Origin: a bacterium
GTDB lineage: Bacteria; Zhuqueibacterota; Zhuqueibacteria; Residuimicrobiales; Krinioviventaceae
Assembly (NCBI GenBank): GCA_963674595.2
Contig: CAXXFV010000023.1
Location: forward strand, 160,001 to 224,000
DNA: 64,000 nt
Direction: 5' to 3'
Every line of letters starts with the position of its first letter. Position 1 is the stretch's first letter. This document shows positions 9,560 to 19,004 of the stretch, one piece after another. The notes below the pieces were generated by a model. The model searched no databases. It was given only the letters and a program-made list of their open reading frames with translations, and was not told the origin of the DNA. A program made the translations under genes and the position numbers.

Positions 9560-10802
9560 ACTCTTTAACAGCATCAAACATGGCTACGAGATTTTCTACA
9601 GGGGTATTTGCCTGAACATTGTGAACCGTGTTGAATATAAATCCGCCATCTTGAGCAAAAATTTCACAACGTTCCAGCACCTGCTCCCGGACCTGGTCCG
9701 GTGTTCCAAAGGGAAGTGTAAACTGTGTGTCAACACCGCCGCCCCAAAAAACGACTTTTTGTCCGTATTTTGATTTTAACAATTTCGGGTCCATGCCTTT
9801 TGCGCTGCATTGGACCGGATTTAAAATATCAAATCCACTTTCAACAAGTTCGGGGATCAGAGGTTCAATTGCGCCGCAGCAGTGTTTAAAGGTCTTCCAC
9901 GATGTGTTTTTATGGATCCAATTGTTTACAATTTTATAATAGGGCATATAAAGTTCCCGAAATGCGGCCGGTGAACAAAATAGTGATTGCTGGGTACCGA
10001 AATCCGTTCCACAAATAAATACGGCGTCAATCGAGTCCATAACGATTTGATGCAGCTTTTCCAGGTTATGCAGCGCGATTTCAGCTTGTTTTTCAAAGAC
10101 CTTGTGAATATAATCTTTGCGGGTTACTGTTGAAACATACCATTCTTCAATGTCCCTGATTCCTTTTGGGTATTTTAAAAAAGCTGCCGGAACCAGTGAA
10201 ATATCACCAAATGCCGTTCCACCAAAAGTGGCTATTGTAGCGCGTTTTGTGGCTTTTACCCGTTTTACCTCATTTTTATAATATTCCAAATCTGCATCAG
10301 AAATAGGAACAAATTCTTCAAGATTGTCCTGAGGATCTAATTTGTTTTCGTCCAGAGGTTCTTGCCGAACAATTGTATCGAAATAAAATCCTCCCTTTGG
10401 CATACGTCCGCTTGGAGGGGCTGTGGTGTCGCCTTTGGGATAAATTAATAAATCGCCATTTGGATCACGGGACGTTTTCATGTGTTCGGAGATTAATACA
10501 ACCAGGCCGGAATCCAGTTGCCATTCTTTCCAGTTTTCATTGCGAAATCCGAAAAATGTGTCGGGACCAATAATACCTTCTATATCAATATCCAGTGCTT
10601 GTTTCAAATCTTCATCCAAATAGCCGAGCATTTGGTAGGGTTCGTGCAGTTTTACGGGTATTTCCTCCAAACCGTAATATTTTCGTAGCGCAGCAACACA
10701 TGTAATATGAATGCCGGTAACAGCCGTGGCCCCGAATTCAACCGGTACTCGGGTTGGTTGTTTGTGGTTTAAGGACTTTATTACCTGATCTCGTTCCAGC
10801 AT
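9546..10802 (-). CDS. Uroporphyrinogen decarboxylase / MtaA-CmuA methyltransferase family protein
   Basis: Motifs GTDFGTQ, FKHCCG, GFDILNPVQ, FWGGGVDTQ, GGFIFNTVHNVQ. Confidence 0.85.
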   Translation of the reverse strand: MLERDQVIKSLNHKQPTRVPVEFGATAVTGIHITCVAALRKYYGLEEIPVKLHEPYQMLGYLDEDLKQALDIDIEGIIGPDTFFGFRNENWKEWQLDSGLVVLISEHMKTSRDPNGDLLIYPKGDTTAPPSGRMPKGGFYFDTIVRQEPLDENKLDPQDNLEEFVPISDADLEYYKNEVKRVKATKRATIATFGGTAFGDISLVPAAFLKYPKGIRDIEEWYVSTVTRKDYIHKVFEKQAEIALHNLEKLHQIVMDSIDAVFICGTDFGTQQSLFCSPAAFRELYMPYYKIVNNWIHKNTSWKTFKHCCGAIEPLIPELVESGFDILNPVQCSAKGMDPKLLKSKYGQKVVFWGGGVDTQFTLPFGTPDQVREQVLERCEIFAQDGGFIFNTVHNVQANTPVENLVAMFDAVKEFNGK

Positions 10803-10815
10803 AAACGCCTCCGTT

Positions 10816-12228
10816 TTAGATCATTTTTGATGGAATGTCATTTATGGCCTCGGCCACTTTGGGCAGGTCTTCTTTTTCCAATACCATCATGTCCAGATAG
10901 ACTTTATCGTTTTTTATATATCCAAGAATTGGTGGTTCATTCATTCTTAAAATTTCGGCAACTTTTTCAGCCGTAAAATTTTCTGAAAATAATGAAATAG
11001 CGATACTTTCAAGCTTTTCCAGCGGCAATGCGCCGCTGCCTGTTTGCGCCTGGCTGTTTTCTTTTTTAATTTGAATTGTTTTTTTTGTTTGATTCGATAT
11101 CAATGCCAAACATTGCTCGGCTTTTTCATTTAAAGCATTCATATCCTGAACAAGCAGCCGTAATGTTTTATTTTCTTTGAACAAGGTGTTTTCATTTAAA
11201 TAAAGTTTCAAGGTTGCTTCTAAAGCGGCATAAATTATTTTATCACACCGAAGGGCCCTCATAAGGGGATTGCTGTGGATTTTTTTTAACCATTCCTTTG
11301 AACCGACAATAATACCACACTGCGGGCCGCCCAGTACTTTATCACCGCTGAATGTAGCGACATCTACTCCGGCTTTTAGGCTGTCTTGTACCAACGGTTC
11401 ATAGGGTAATCCGAATTGTGTCAAATCTACAACAACGCCGCCGCCAAGGTCGTGTAAAACCGGGATGGAATGTTGATGGGCAAGTTCAGCAAGTTCGGAT
11501 AATTCTGTTTCTGTTGTAAATCCTAAAATTCGATAGTTGGACGGATGGGCAACACATATCAGGCCTGTGTTTTCACCAATAGCTTCGCTGTAATCGGAAA
11601 TTTTGGTTTTGTTTGTTGTACCGACCTCATGCATTATAGTACCGCTTTTTGCCATGACATCGGGAACACGAAAAGATCCGCCGATTTCTACCAATTGACC
11701 GCGAGAAATGATCGTTTCTTTCCCGAAAGACATTGTATTCAAGGACAGCAAAAGAGCTGCCGCATTATTGTTGACAACGGCGACCGCTTCTGCGCCGGTG
11801 AGTTCGCATAACAATTCTTCAACATGGCCTGTTCGTTGACCTCGTTTTCCGGTGCTTAAATCAATTTCGAGATTGCTGTACCCTTTGATAATTTCTGTTA
11901 CATTATCACAGGCATTTTTTGATAAAGGGGCTCGGCCTAAACCTGTGTGCAGAATAATTCCGGTGGCATTTATGACAGGTTTCAGGCTGGGCTGCATTTT
12001 TTTTTGCAATTCAAGTTCAACACGTTCAAGAATAAGGGTAACAGCTTGTTCTCTGTCAAGCTCTTTAATCATATCGTTCAGGATTTCATTTCGAATTTGA
12101 TCCAGCACATTCCGAAATTCGTTTCTCACAATATGTCGTGAATAAAATTGATTTAATTCTTTTGCTTTTTTGGTTGAAAGCAAATGTTCAACGGATGGAA
12201 GTATGGAAAATATTTTTTGTTTATTCAT
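10816..12228 (-). CDS. selA: L-seryl-tRNA(Sec) selenium transferase
   Basis: VINATGIILHTGLGRAPL, YSNLE, VVNNNAAA, SRGQLVEIGGSFRVP, EVGTTNKT, FSGDKVLGGPQ (PLP Lys), RALRCDK. Confidence 0.95.
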   Translation of the reverse strand: MNKQKIFSILPSVEHLLSTKKAKELNQFYSRHIVRNEFRNVLDQIRNEILNDMIKELDREQAVTLILERVELELQKKMQPSLKPVINATGIILHTGLGRAPLSKNACDNVTEIIKGYSNLEIDLSTGKRGQRTGHVEELLCELTGAEAVAVVNNNAAALLLSLNTMSFGKETIISRGQLVEIGGSFRVPDVMAKSGTIMHEVGTTNKTKISDYSEAIGENTGLICVAHPSNYRILGFTTETELSELAELAHQHSIPVLHDLGGGVVVDLTQFGLPYEPLVQDSLKAGVDVATFSGDKVLGGPQCGIIVGSKEWLKKIHSNPLMRALRCDKIIYAALEATLKLYLNENTLFKENKTLRLLVQDMNALNEKAEQCLALISNQTKKTIQIKKENSQAQTGSGALPLEKLESIAISLFSENFTAEKVAEILRMNEPPILGYIKNDKVYLDMMVLEKEDLPKVAEAINDIPSKMI

Positions 12229-13433
12229 ACTTGGCCCGATTTTGTTTTTGTTTCAGTTAAAAAACATGCTGCGATGATTGAGATAATTCCGGTCATGACT
12301 AAAATTTTTAGTGCAAGGCCGATGCTTGTTTTATCTGCCAAAGCTCCCAAAGGAGTTACGAGTAAACCGCCAATACCCCAGGCCAAACCCATCATAATTG
12401 ATGTGACCGTATTAATTCGTTCAGGAAACAGTTCCTGGGCCATAATGATATTAACAGGAATTGAAGAATAAAGGATAAAACCTGCTGCTCCTAAAAATAT
12501 AAAAGCCCATAATGATTCAAGATGTATAAACAGCCAAAGACACGGCAACGAACAAATGAATGAGACTAAAATTATAGATTTACGTCCAAATTTATCCGCA
12601 AGCGGACCGCCGACAAGAGCACCGATGGCTCCTGAAATTTCAAAAACAGTAATAGCTGAACCGGAAAGAAGGAGAGAATGGTCCATTCTATGTAAATAAA
12701 TCGGAAGAAATGTTATAAAACCCGCTATAATGAGGGCGCGGATTGTAACAATGAGCCATAAAAATGATAATGACAGATATTTTCTGGGATGGATTTCGTG
12801 AACGTGTGTTTTCGGTGCATGTCTGGGGGCATGCGGCAGTGCAGGAAGATTGTAAAAGAGAACACTGGATATGATAATCCCAAAAATAATGGTTAACGTA
12901 CTTGCACCCAGTCCCCAAAGTGTTACAATGGGTAAAATAATAAGAGGTCCTAATGCGTGCCCGGCGCTTCCGCCTGTAACAAATATCGACATCCCAAGTC
13001 CGCTGTTTCGTCCGCTGGCCCGGTTTGTAAGAACGGCCGTTTGCGGGTGAAAGGCAGCCGTACCCAATCCGGCAATAATTAACACAACTACAATGGCTTC
13101 ATAACTGTTCCATATACCGATGGAACCCAGAAAAAGAGCTGTTATTAGCGGACCCCAAACCGTCATATAGGGTCTTTTTATTTTGTCCGCATAATGACCA
13201 AAGATCGGTTGTGAAAGCGAATTAAAAATCGCCTGTATGGAGGTAAGTAAAGCTGCGAGCGTTAAGCTAAAACCCAGTTTTACCATTAACAACGGCAGCA
13301 AAGGCGCCACAAAACCATGATAACCGTCGTTTACAAAGTGGGACATGGACAGTAACGCAACACGACCTTTTTGCATGGGTTCGTTTGGAGTTTGAGGAAA
13401 CGGATGTTTGTTGTTCGTGAAAAATTTTTTCAT
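12225..13433 (-). CDS. MFS transporter (Fsr/fosmidomycin-resistance-like)
   Basis: About 12 TM helices, HFVND, QPIFGHYAD, AAFHP, GPLADKFGRK. Confidence 0.85.
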   Translation of the reverse strand: MKKFFTNNKHPFPQTPNEPMQKGRVALLSMSHFVNDGYHGFVAPLLPLLMVKLGFSLTLAALLTSIQAIFNSLSQPIFGHYADKIKRPYMTVWGPLITALFLGSIGIWNSYEAIVVVLIIAGLGTAAFHPQTAVLTNRASGRNSGLGMSIFVTGGSAGHALGPLIILPIVTLWGLGASTLTIIFGIIISSVLFYNLPALPHAPRHAPKTHVHEIHPRKYLSLSFLWLIVTIRALIIAGFITFLPIYLHRMDHSLLLSGSAITVFEISGAIGALVGGPLADKFGRKSIILVSFICSLPCLWLFIHLESLWAFIFLGAAGFILYSSIPVNIIMAQELFPERINTVTSIMMGLAWGIGGLLVTPLGALADKTSIGLALKILVMTGIISIIAACFLTETKTKSGQV

Positions 13434-13439
13434 AGTAAT

Positions 13440-14072
13440 CTATTTTTTAATTGCATTATAAAGCAGATATGTGCCGACAATAATCAAACCAAAGGAGAAT
13501 AATATGTCCCATCTTTGCCATGATGAATAATCAATATATAGATATATGGCTAAAAGAAAACATCCCAGTGCCGGAAATAACGTCCATTTCAGGTTTGTGG
13601 TCCGGGTGAACCATAGGTAAAGAAATGTAAGGCCGGTTCCGATAAAAAAGATGATGTTGACCAGTTTGTTCGGCAATAGCTGTAAAAATTCAAGTAATGC
13701 GTTTGTGCCCAGAGTTATCAAAATACCGGCAATTAAAGCAAGCCACCATAGATGTTGCTTTTTAATGTATACGATAATGGTGGAAATTGCCAAAGACCAT
13801 AATATCGCCACTCCAAGAATATTTGATGATAACATAAACACAGATTTGAGAATTAAAAGAGCACCCAGAATATATAAGGTTATTGCAGGAATTATGGCCC
13901 ATGTTTTTTGTTTTATATAAAGTCTGTGAAATATAATTCCAGCAATTATAAAAAGAATACCTCTAAAAATCTCATGTACTCTTGTTAACACACCCATATT
14001 TACCAGTAGAGCAATGATCCCCGCAAAAATTATAACAAAACCAATCATCAGGTTTTTTGTATTCTCTTTCAT
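13440..14072 (-). CDS. Polytopic membrane protein of unknown function (internally repeated TM hairpins)
   Basis: Highly hydrophobic with repeated W(A/T)(I/L)(I/F)PA-type motifs. Start moved to ATG 14072 (MKENTKNL), which has an AAGGAAAGG RBS. Confidence 0.7.
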   Translation of the reverse strand: MKENTKNLMIGFVIIFAGIIALLVNMGVLTRVHEIFRGILFIIAGIIFHRLYIKQKTWAIIPAITLYILGALLILKSVFMLSSNILGVAILWSLAISTIIVYIKKQHLWWLALIAGILITLGTNALLEFLQLLPNKLVNIIFFIGTGLTFLYLWFTRTTNLKWTLFPALGCFLLAIYLYIDYSSWQRWDILFSFGLIIVGTYLLYNAIKK

Positions 14073-14255
14073 CGCCTTTCCTTTGCAATTGATATCACAC
14101 CAAAATTTATCAACATTCAAAATTAAAGATAAGGATTTTATTTTATGGAAAAAAGCATAAAGTATAAATAATTAAGCGGGATTTTTCCCCTGGAATTATG
14201 TCGTGGTATATTATTTTTTTCTCAAGATGATTCAATGAATTGAATACTCGAATAT

Positions 14256-15680
14256 TTATTCAACGAGAGTATCCAGCATATTGCACCCTGCTATGGCAAA
14301 TTCTGATGCCAGTAAATAATTTTGTTCCGAATGAAATTTTTTCGCACTTTGCAGCAAGAGTTGTGCGGCCTGTGTAACATGAACCGGATTTGAAATCATT
14401 CCATCTTTAATTTTTTGATCCAGGATTTCTATTTTGTTTCCGGTTGTTTGTATTGTGGGAACAATGGCTGTTCTGGAATGGTGATTGCCGTGCTGAATGA
14501 TTTTATTTCCAATTTGAATAAATTCATAAGCAATATCATAGTGATTGTTTACAGCAAAATTTCGGCTGTTTTTTAAACAAAAGTTTATGGCATTTATAAA
14601 ATCGTTTTTATTTTTGATGTTTTTAAATTGCCGCTGTTTTAGGATTTTGGATTGTCTTTCCAGTTTTAGTATTTCCCTGTCAAACGTGCTGGGTTTACTC
14701 AATCTGGAATGCGGCATTTGTGTTGGACCTAGAATATCCTGTCCCATTTCCGCATTTCGAATGGCTGCCCTGTAATTTTTCTTTTTTAAAGCCATTTTCG
14801 AATTTTTTAGAAACAATTTCGCCTTTTTTGTTTTTTGGGGAGTATGTTGCTGTGACCCGTCAACAGTTTTAATTGTATTTGTGAGCAGCTCAATTTTTTC
14901 TTTTGCCAGTATAAAATCATCCTTTTGGTTTTTACAGGTATCAATGGCACGAAATAAAAGCCGTGTTGTTTCATAATAAAGATCAAGGGCCTTTGTATAA
15001 TCCTTTTCATTCAATGCTTTATCAATTAGCTGTTCTCTTTGCCCGGCCTGAACCAGCAATTCATTTGCCCGGGTGCTTTGGCATTCGCCAATAAGGGTTT
15101 CTGCATGATTTTTTAAATTTTGGAACCGTTTTTTTTCAAGTAAAAGTTTTTCTTCTGTTGAATAATTTTGGTTTCGGCACATATCCAGTGACTTTTGGGC
15201 ATAAAGTTGACAAAGTCTGAAATTGTTGATCGCTTGTTGGGGATCAATTTTATCTTTGATTGCTGCGAAAAAATTGATCTTTGCATTGTCGTAATATTGT
15301 GCAGCTATGGAATGAGTTGTTGTGTCGCCAAGACATTTTTGTGCCTCATTTAACATTTGTTCGCATTCCTGATGATGCAACTGAATAACTCCCGGTGAAA
15401 GTTGTCTTATTATGTCCTCTAATAGTTGTAAGGATTTTTCCTCGTTTTTTTCGGCTGCAAATCTTTTTCCCCTGTTTACCTGTATATTCGCACGATTGTG
15501 TAATTGTTTGGCGAGAATAAAATCTGTCTTTACGCTTTCGGAATCAGGTGATATTTTTACCAGATATTCGGCGAATTTTAACGTTTGGTTGACCTGACGT
15601 CTGTAAATATTTTTCGGCTGTGAATAAACATTCCAGGTTTGGATTAAGAGAAAAATTATTATAACAATATTTTTTATCAT
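14256..15680 (-). CDS. Secreted all-alpha helical repeat protein, unknown function
   Basis: Long ORF with a signal peptide (MIKNIVIIIFLLIQTWNVYSQ) and repeated amphipathic helix pairs. Start 15680 chosen from the AAAAGG RBS and the sigma54 site just upstream. Confidence 0.7.
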   Translation of the reverse strand: MIKNIVIIIFLLIQTWNVYSQPKNIYRRQVNQTLKFAEYLVKISPDSESVKTDFILAKQLHNRANIQVNRGKRFAAEKNEEKSLQLLEDIIRQLSPGVIQLHHQECEQMLNEAQKCLGDTTTHSIAAQYYDNAKINFFAAIKDKIDPQQAINNFRLCQLYAQKSLDMCRNQNYSTEEKLLLEKKRFQNLKNHAETLIGECQSTRANELLVQAGQREQLIDKALNEKDYTKALDLYYETTRLLFRAIDTCKNQKDDFILAKEKIELLTNTIKTVDGSQQHTPQKTKKAKLFLKNSKMALKKKNYRAAIRNAEMGQDILGPTQMPHSRLSKPSTFDREILKLERQSKILKQRQFKNIKNKNDFINAINFCLKNSRNFAVNNHYDIAYEFIQIGNKIIQHGNHHSRTAIVPTIQTTGNKIEILDQKIKDGMISNPVHVTQAAQLLLQSAKKFHSEQNYLLASEFAIAGCNMLDTLVE

Positions 15681-15704
15681 TGTTTGCCTTTTTATACTCA
15701 AGCC

Positions 15705-15720
15705 AGCAATGGGTGTGCCG
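15705..15720 (-). promoter_or_regulatory. Sigma54 (-24/-12) promoter
   Basis: Minus strand reads CGGCAC-ACCCA-TTGCT (GG-N10-GC), 25 nt upstream of ATG 15680. Confidence 0.75.
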
Positions 15721-15791
15721 TAATTTTTCAGGTTATAATGTGTTATAAAATCTTGTTTTTCTGTGATGTGTTTTTATAAATATATAAATTA

Positions 15792-15829
15792 TGTACGTAA
15801 AAGTACAGTAACAAGTACCCCGATGTACA
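15792..15829. promoter_or_regulatory. Tandem palindromic enhancer-like sites (TGTAC-N6-GTACA)
   Basis: TGTACgtaaaaGTACA (15792-15807) and AGTACcccgatGTACA (15814-15829). Centres are 22 bp apart and the sites lie upstream of the sigma54 promoter. Confidence 0.6.
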
Positions 15830-15862
15830 AAAAAAAGACGCGAAAAACGCGTCTTTTTTTTT
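15829..15862 (-). terminator. Rho-independent terminator (A8-stem-T-run, symmetric)
   Basis: AAAAAAAAGACGCG-AAAAA-CGCGTCTTTTTTT at the stop of the 15861 gene. Confidence 0.8.
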
Positions 15863-16715
15863 ATTTTTTATCTTGTTCCAATTGTTGTATCAATTTATCG
15901 CGGGAAGCAATCGTTTTTTGCAGCAGCTCTTTCATTTCATCATATGCTTGAAATTGTTGTTCTATTGCCTGAATACGCTGAGATAAAGTTGTAAGTTGTT
16001 TGGCAGATTTTAATTGTTGTAAACGCTGCATTTGACCTACTGAAAGCTGCGGTTTTGTTGCTGTTGCGGCTGTTACTTCCGTTGATGATGCCTCTTCTCC
16101 GGACATGGAAGTCCATTCGTAACCATTGTCATATATTTCTCTTTGAGACAATGAAAATGCAAATCCGGCATGGGCGCTAAGATAGTTATCTTTTGTCCCA
16201 TCATTTACATGATCAAAATCATCACCACTTGTCAGGTGGTATGCACCGCCAACCGAAAAACGAATGGATGGTGCTAATTTAGCTGAAAGTCCCCCACCAA
16301 ATATGCCGTCGGCATCCCAATATCTGTTATCGTTAGCATGTGGAAAGTTTAAAACTCCAATACCAACTGTAGCAAAAGGTGAAATTCTGGAAAACGGCAT
16401 CAGGTAATAATTGAATTTTAAATTACCTGTATAATAGTCATTTGTGAATTTTACACCTTTGGGATCATAGTCCTGTTTGGCATATCCAACTCCTAGTGCA
16501 GCATGTAAATGATTGGTTAAGGGTTTTTGCAGGAAAACTTCTGTTGCATACCCTATGTCTGTGTAAATGTTGTCTGTTTTAAATTCTATTGCGCCGCCAT
16601 TGATGCCAAACTCTAATCCACTTGCGTACTGTCCTTGAGCATTAACAAAGCCAGGGGAGAGCAGGGACGATGCTGAAACAATAAGAATTACATAAAAAAA
16701 GAATTTTTGTTTCAT
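15861..16715 (-). CDS. Outer-membrane beta-barrel protein with C-terminal coiled coil
   Basis: Signal peptide, 8-strand OMP pattern (ISPFATVGIG...YLSAHAGFAF), then an S/T/A linker and Q/L heptad repeats. RBS AGGAG. Confidence 0.75.
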   Translation of the reverse strand: MKQKFFFYVILIVSASSLLSPGFVNAQGQYASGLEFGINGGAIEFKTDNIYTDIGYATEVFLQKPLTNHLHAALGVGYAKQDYDPKGVKFTNDYYTGNLKFNYYLMPFSRISPFATVGIGVLNFPHANDNRYWDADGIFGGGLSAKLAPSIRFSVGGAYHLTSGDDFDHVNDGTKDNYLSAHAGFAFSLSQREIYDNGYEWTSMSGEEASSTEVTAATATKPQLSVGQMQRLQQLKSAKQLTTLSQRIQAIEQQFQAYDEMKELLQKTIASRDKLIQQLEQDKK

Positions 16716-16762
16716 TTTTCACTCTCCTATTGAAAAAATGTAAAGAATTACAAAATTGTTGT

Positions 16763-16778
16763 TGCAATTTTTGGTCCA
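16763..16778 (-). promoter_or_regulatory. Sigma54 (-24/-12) promoter
   Basis: Minus strand reads TGGACC-AAAAA-TTGCA (GG-N10-GC), about 48 nt upstream of ATG 16715. Confidence 0.6.
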
Positions 16779-17036
16779 ATTATTTTGTGAGAAATATTTT
16801 TGTTGTAAGTGAATTATTTACAAATCCTTATTTTTGTTTGTAGTGAATTACAAAAATTTCATTTACTAATATGTCTTAAAAATATTAGCGTCACTGTATC
16901 AATTTTGGGACACTTAATAAAATCAAGTAGTTGGGCTTGAAAGTAATTGTTTCAAGCATTAGTTTTAGTTATATATATATAAAAAAGAATTTGGTTTTTG
17001 CTGAAGAATTTTTTATATTCCAATCTTAAAATAATA

Positions 17037-17109
<73 letters not shown>

Positions 17110-17110
17110 C

Positions 17111-17139
17111 AAAAAAAGCTCCGTGAGGAGCTTTTTTTT
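17111..17139. terminator. Bidirectional terminator between tRNA-Lys and nadE
   Basis: A7-GCTCC-GTGA-GGAGC-T8. Confidence 0.9.
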
Positions 17140-18886
17140 ATTTAGGTCTGTAATGATTTGTTATCGGCATTCTGCGATCTTTACCAAAAGCGCGTGGTGT
17201 TATTTTTGTCCCTGGGGCGGCTTGTCTGCGTTTGTATTCGTTTATATCGACAAGACGTGCAACTTTTGAAACAATTTCTAAATCAAATCCCTGTGCAGTT
17301 ATTTCCGGCACACTGTTATCTTTTTCAATATAGAGTTCCAGGATATCATCCAAAATATCATAGGGAGGCAGGCTGTCCTGGTCGGTTTGGTCGGGCCGGA
17401 GTTCTGCCGAAGGCGCTTTGTCAATAATTGATTGCGGGATGATATCATAACCAGCCTGTTGGTTTCTGAGATGACACAGCTCGTAAACAATCGTCTTGTA
17501 TACATCTTTTAACGGACCATATCCGCCCACCATATCCCCATATATTGTACAATAACCCACACTCACTTCACTTTTATTGCCTGTGGCCAGGGCCAAATAT
17601 CCAAATTTATTGGATAGTGCCATAACAAGACTTCCCCGGATTCTGGCTTGCAGGTTTTCTTCTGTTACGTCCGGCTCTGTACCACTAAAGGCCTCTTTTA
17701 AACTTGAATTAAACGCATCGAACATTGGTGATATCTGAATATTTAACAGTTTAAATCCAAAATTATTTGCCAGTTGTACGGAATCATCCACACTGCCCTT
17801 TGAAGAATATTGTGACGGCATCGTTATACAAATGACGTTCTCTTTTCCTAATGCATCTGCCGCAATTGCGGCTACAAGAGCAGAGTCTATACCGCCGCTT
17901 AATCCGAACACAACTTTTTGGAACCTGTTTTTGTGAACATAGTCTTTTAAACCCAGTTTTAGTGCCTTGTAAACCTGGACCATTTCAGACTCGTTTAGGT
18001 CACTTGCCGGTTGATTTATTTGTACTTTTGGTGCACTGAACTCCGTATCAAAATCGTCAGTATGTATTGTTTCATAAGGGTTTATAAATTCGCTTTTGAG
18101 TTTACGGAAATCACTGCTTTTTTCACGTTCTTTACGCAGTTGTGTAAAATCAAGGTCATAAACAAGAAAATCCTCTTCAAATGATTTTGCCTGAGCGAGG
18201 ATTTCGCCGTTATGGTTTGCTATAAAACTTTGTCCGTCAAATACCAGTTCATCCTGCCCTCCGACAAGGTTAACATAAGCAATAATGGATTTTGTCTTTT
18301 TTGCTTTGTTTTGCAAGAGTTCTATGCGTTCATGTCCTTTTTTAAAATAAAAAGGCGATGCTGAAATGTTTAGGATCAATTCTGCACCCTCACAAAAAGT
18401 CTCTGCTTCTATGACACCGTCATCTATCCAAATGTCTTCGCATATACTTGCACCGATTTTTACGCCGTTGACGTTGAAAACAAAGGGTTTTGTTCCCGCT
18501 ACAAAGTAACGTTCCTCATCGAAAACGCTATAATTCGGGAGGTGTATTTTGTGATAAATTTGCGGCGCATGATGCGGGATGTTGATCGCTGCCGCATTAT
18601 ATAAACCCTTTTCGGTTTGATTTACAAATCCAAATACCTGAATAATATTATCATTATTGTTTTTTATCTCTGAATATACGTTATACTGATCTTTAATAAA
18701 TTGTGACCGGTATAAAATATCTTCGGGCGGGTAACCGGTAACCGCAAGTTCCGGAAATATGACAAGATCGCAGTTTTGTTTTAAAGCCCGTTCTGTCCAG
18801 GCGATGATTTTATCTTTATTGCCTTGCAAATCGCCAACTGTTGTGTTGATTTGTGCTAATGCAATGCGAATTTTATTTTTTTTCAT
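17138..18886 (-). CDS. nadE: Glutamine-dependent NAD+ synthetase
   Basis: Nitrilase domain (FPELAVTGYPPED, ICEDIW), GLSGGIDSA, ENLQARIRG, TGNKSE, PSAELRPDQTDQDSLP, EYKRRQA. Start at MKKNKIRIALAQ. Confidence 0.95.
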   Translation of the reverse strand: MKKNKIRIALAQINTTVGDLQGNKDKIIAWTERALKQNCDLVIFPELAVTGYPPEDILYRSQFIKDQYNVYSEIKNNNDNIIQVFGFVNQTEKGLYNAAAINIPHHAPQIYHKIHLPNYSVFDEERYFVAGTKPFVFNVNGVKIGASICEDIWIDDGVIEAETFCEGAELILNISASPFYFKKGHERIELLQNKAKKTKSIIAYVNLVGGQDELVFDGQSFIANHNGEILAQAKSFEEDFLVYDLDFTQLRKEREKSSDFRKLKSEFINPYETIHTDDFDTEFSAPKVQINQPASDLNESEMVQVYKALKLGLKDYVHKNRFQKVVFGLSGGIDSALVAAIAADALGKENVICITMPSQYSSKGSVDDSVQLANNFGFKLLNIQISPMFDAFNSSLKEAFSGTEPDVTEENLQARIRGSLVMALSNKFGYLALATGNKSEVSVGYCTIYGDMVGGYGPLKDVYKTIVYELCHLRNQQAGYDIIPQSIIDKAPSAELRPDQTDQDSLPPYDILDDILELYIEKDNSVPEITAQGFDLEIVSKVARLVDINEYKRRQAAPGTKITPRAFGKDRRMPITNHYRPK

Positions 18887-19004
18887 AAATAACCTTTTTA
18901 TTAAAAAATCTTTCTGTGCGAATATAAATATTTTATTAACGCAATTCAATTGATTTTGTGGATTATAATTGTAACTTATAATGTAATTTAACCTGGATAT
19001 AGAT

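Noticed and set aside
9546-12228. Selenoprotein with in-frame TGA or tRNA-Sec near selA
   Set aside because: Neighbouring ORFs are uninterrupted and the intergenic gaps are too short for a tRNA.
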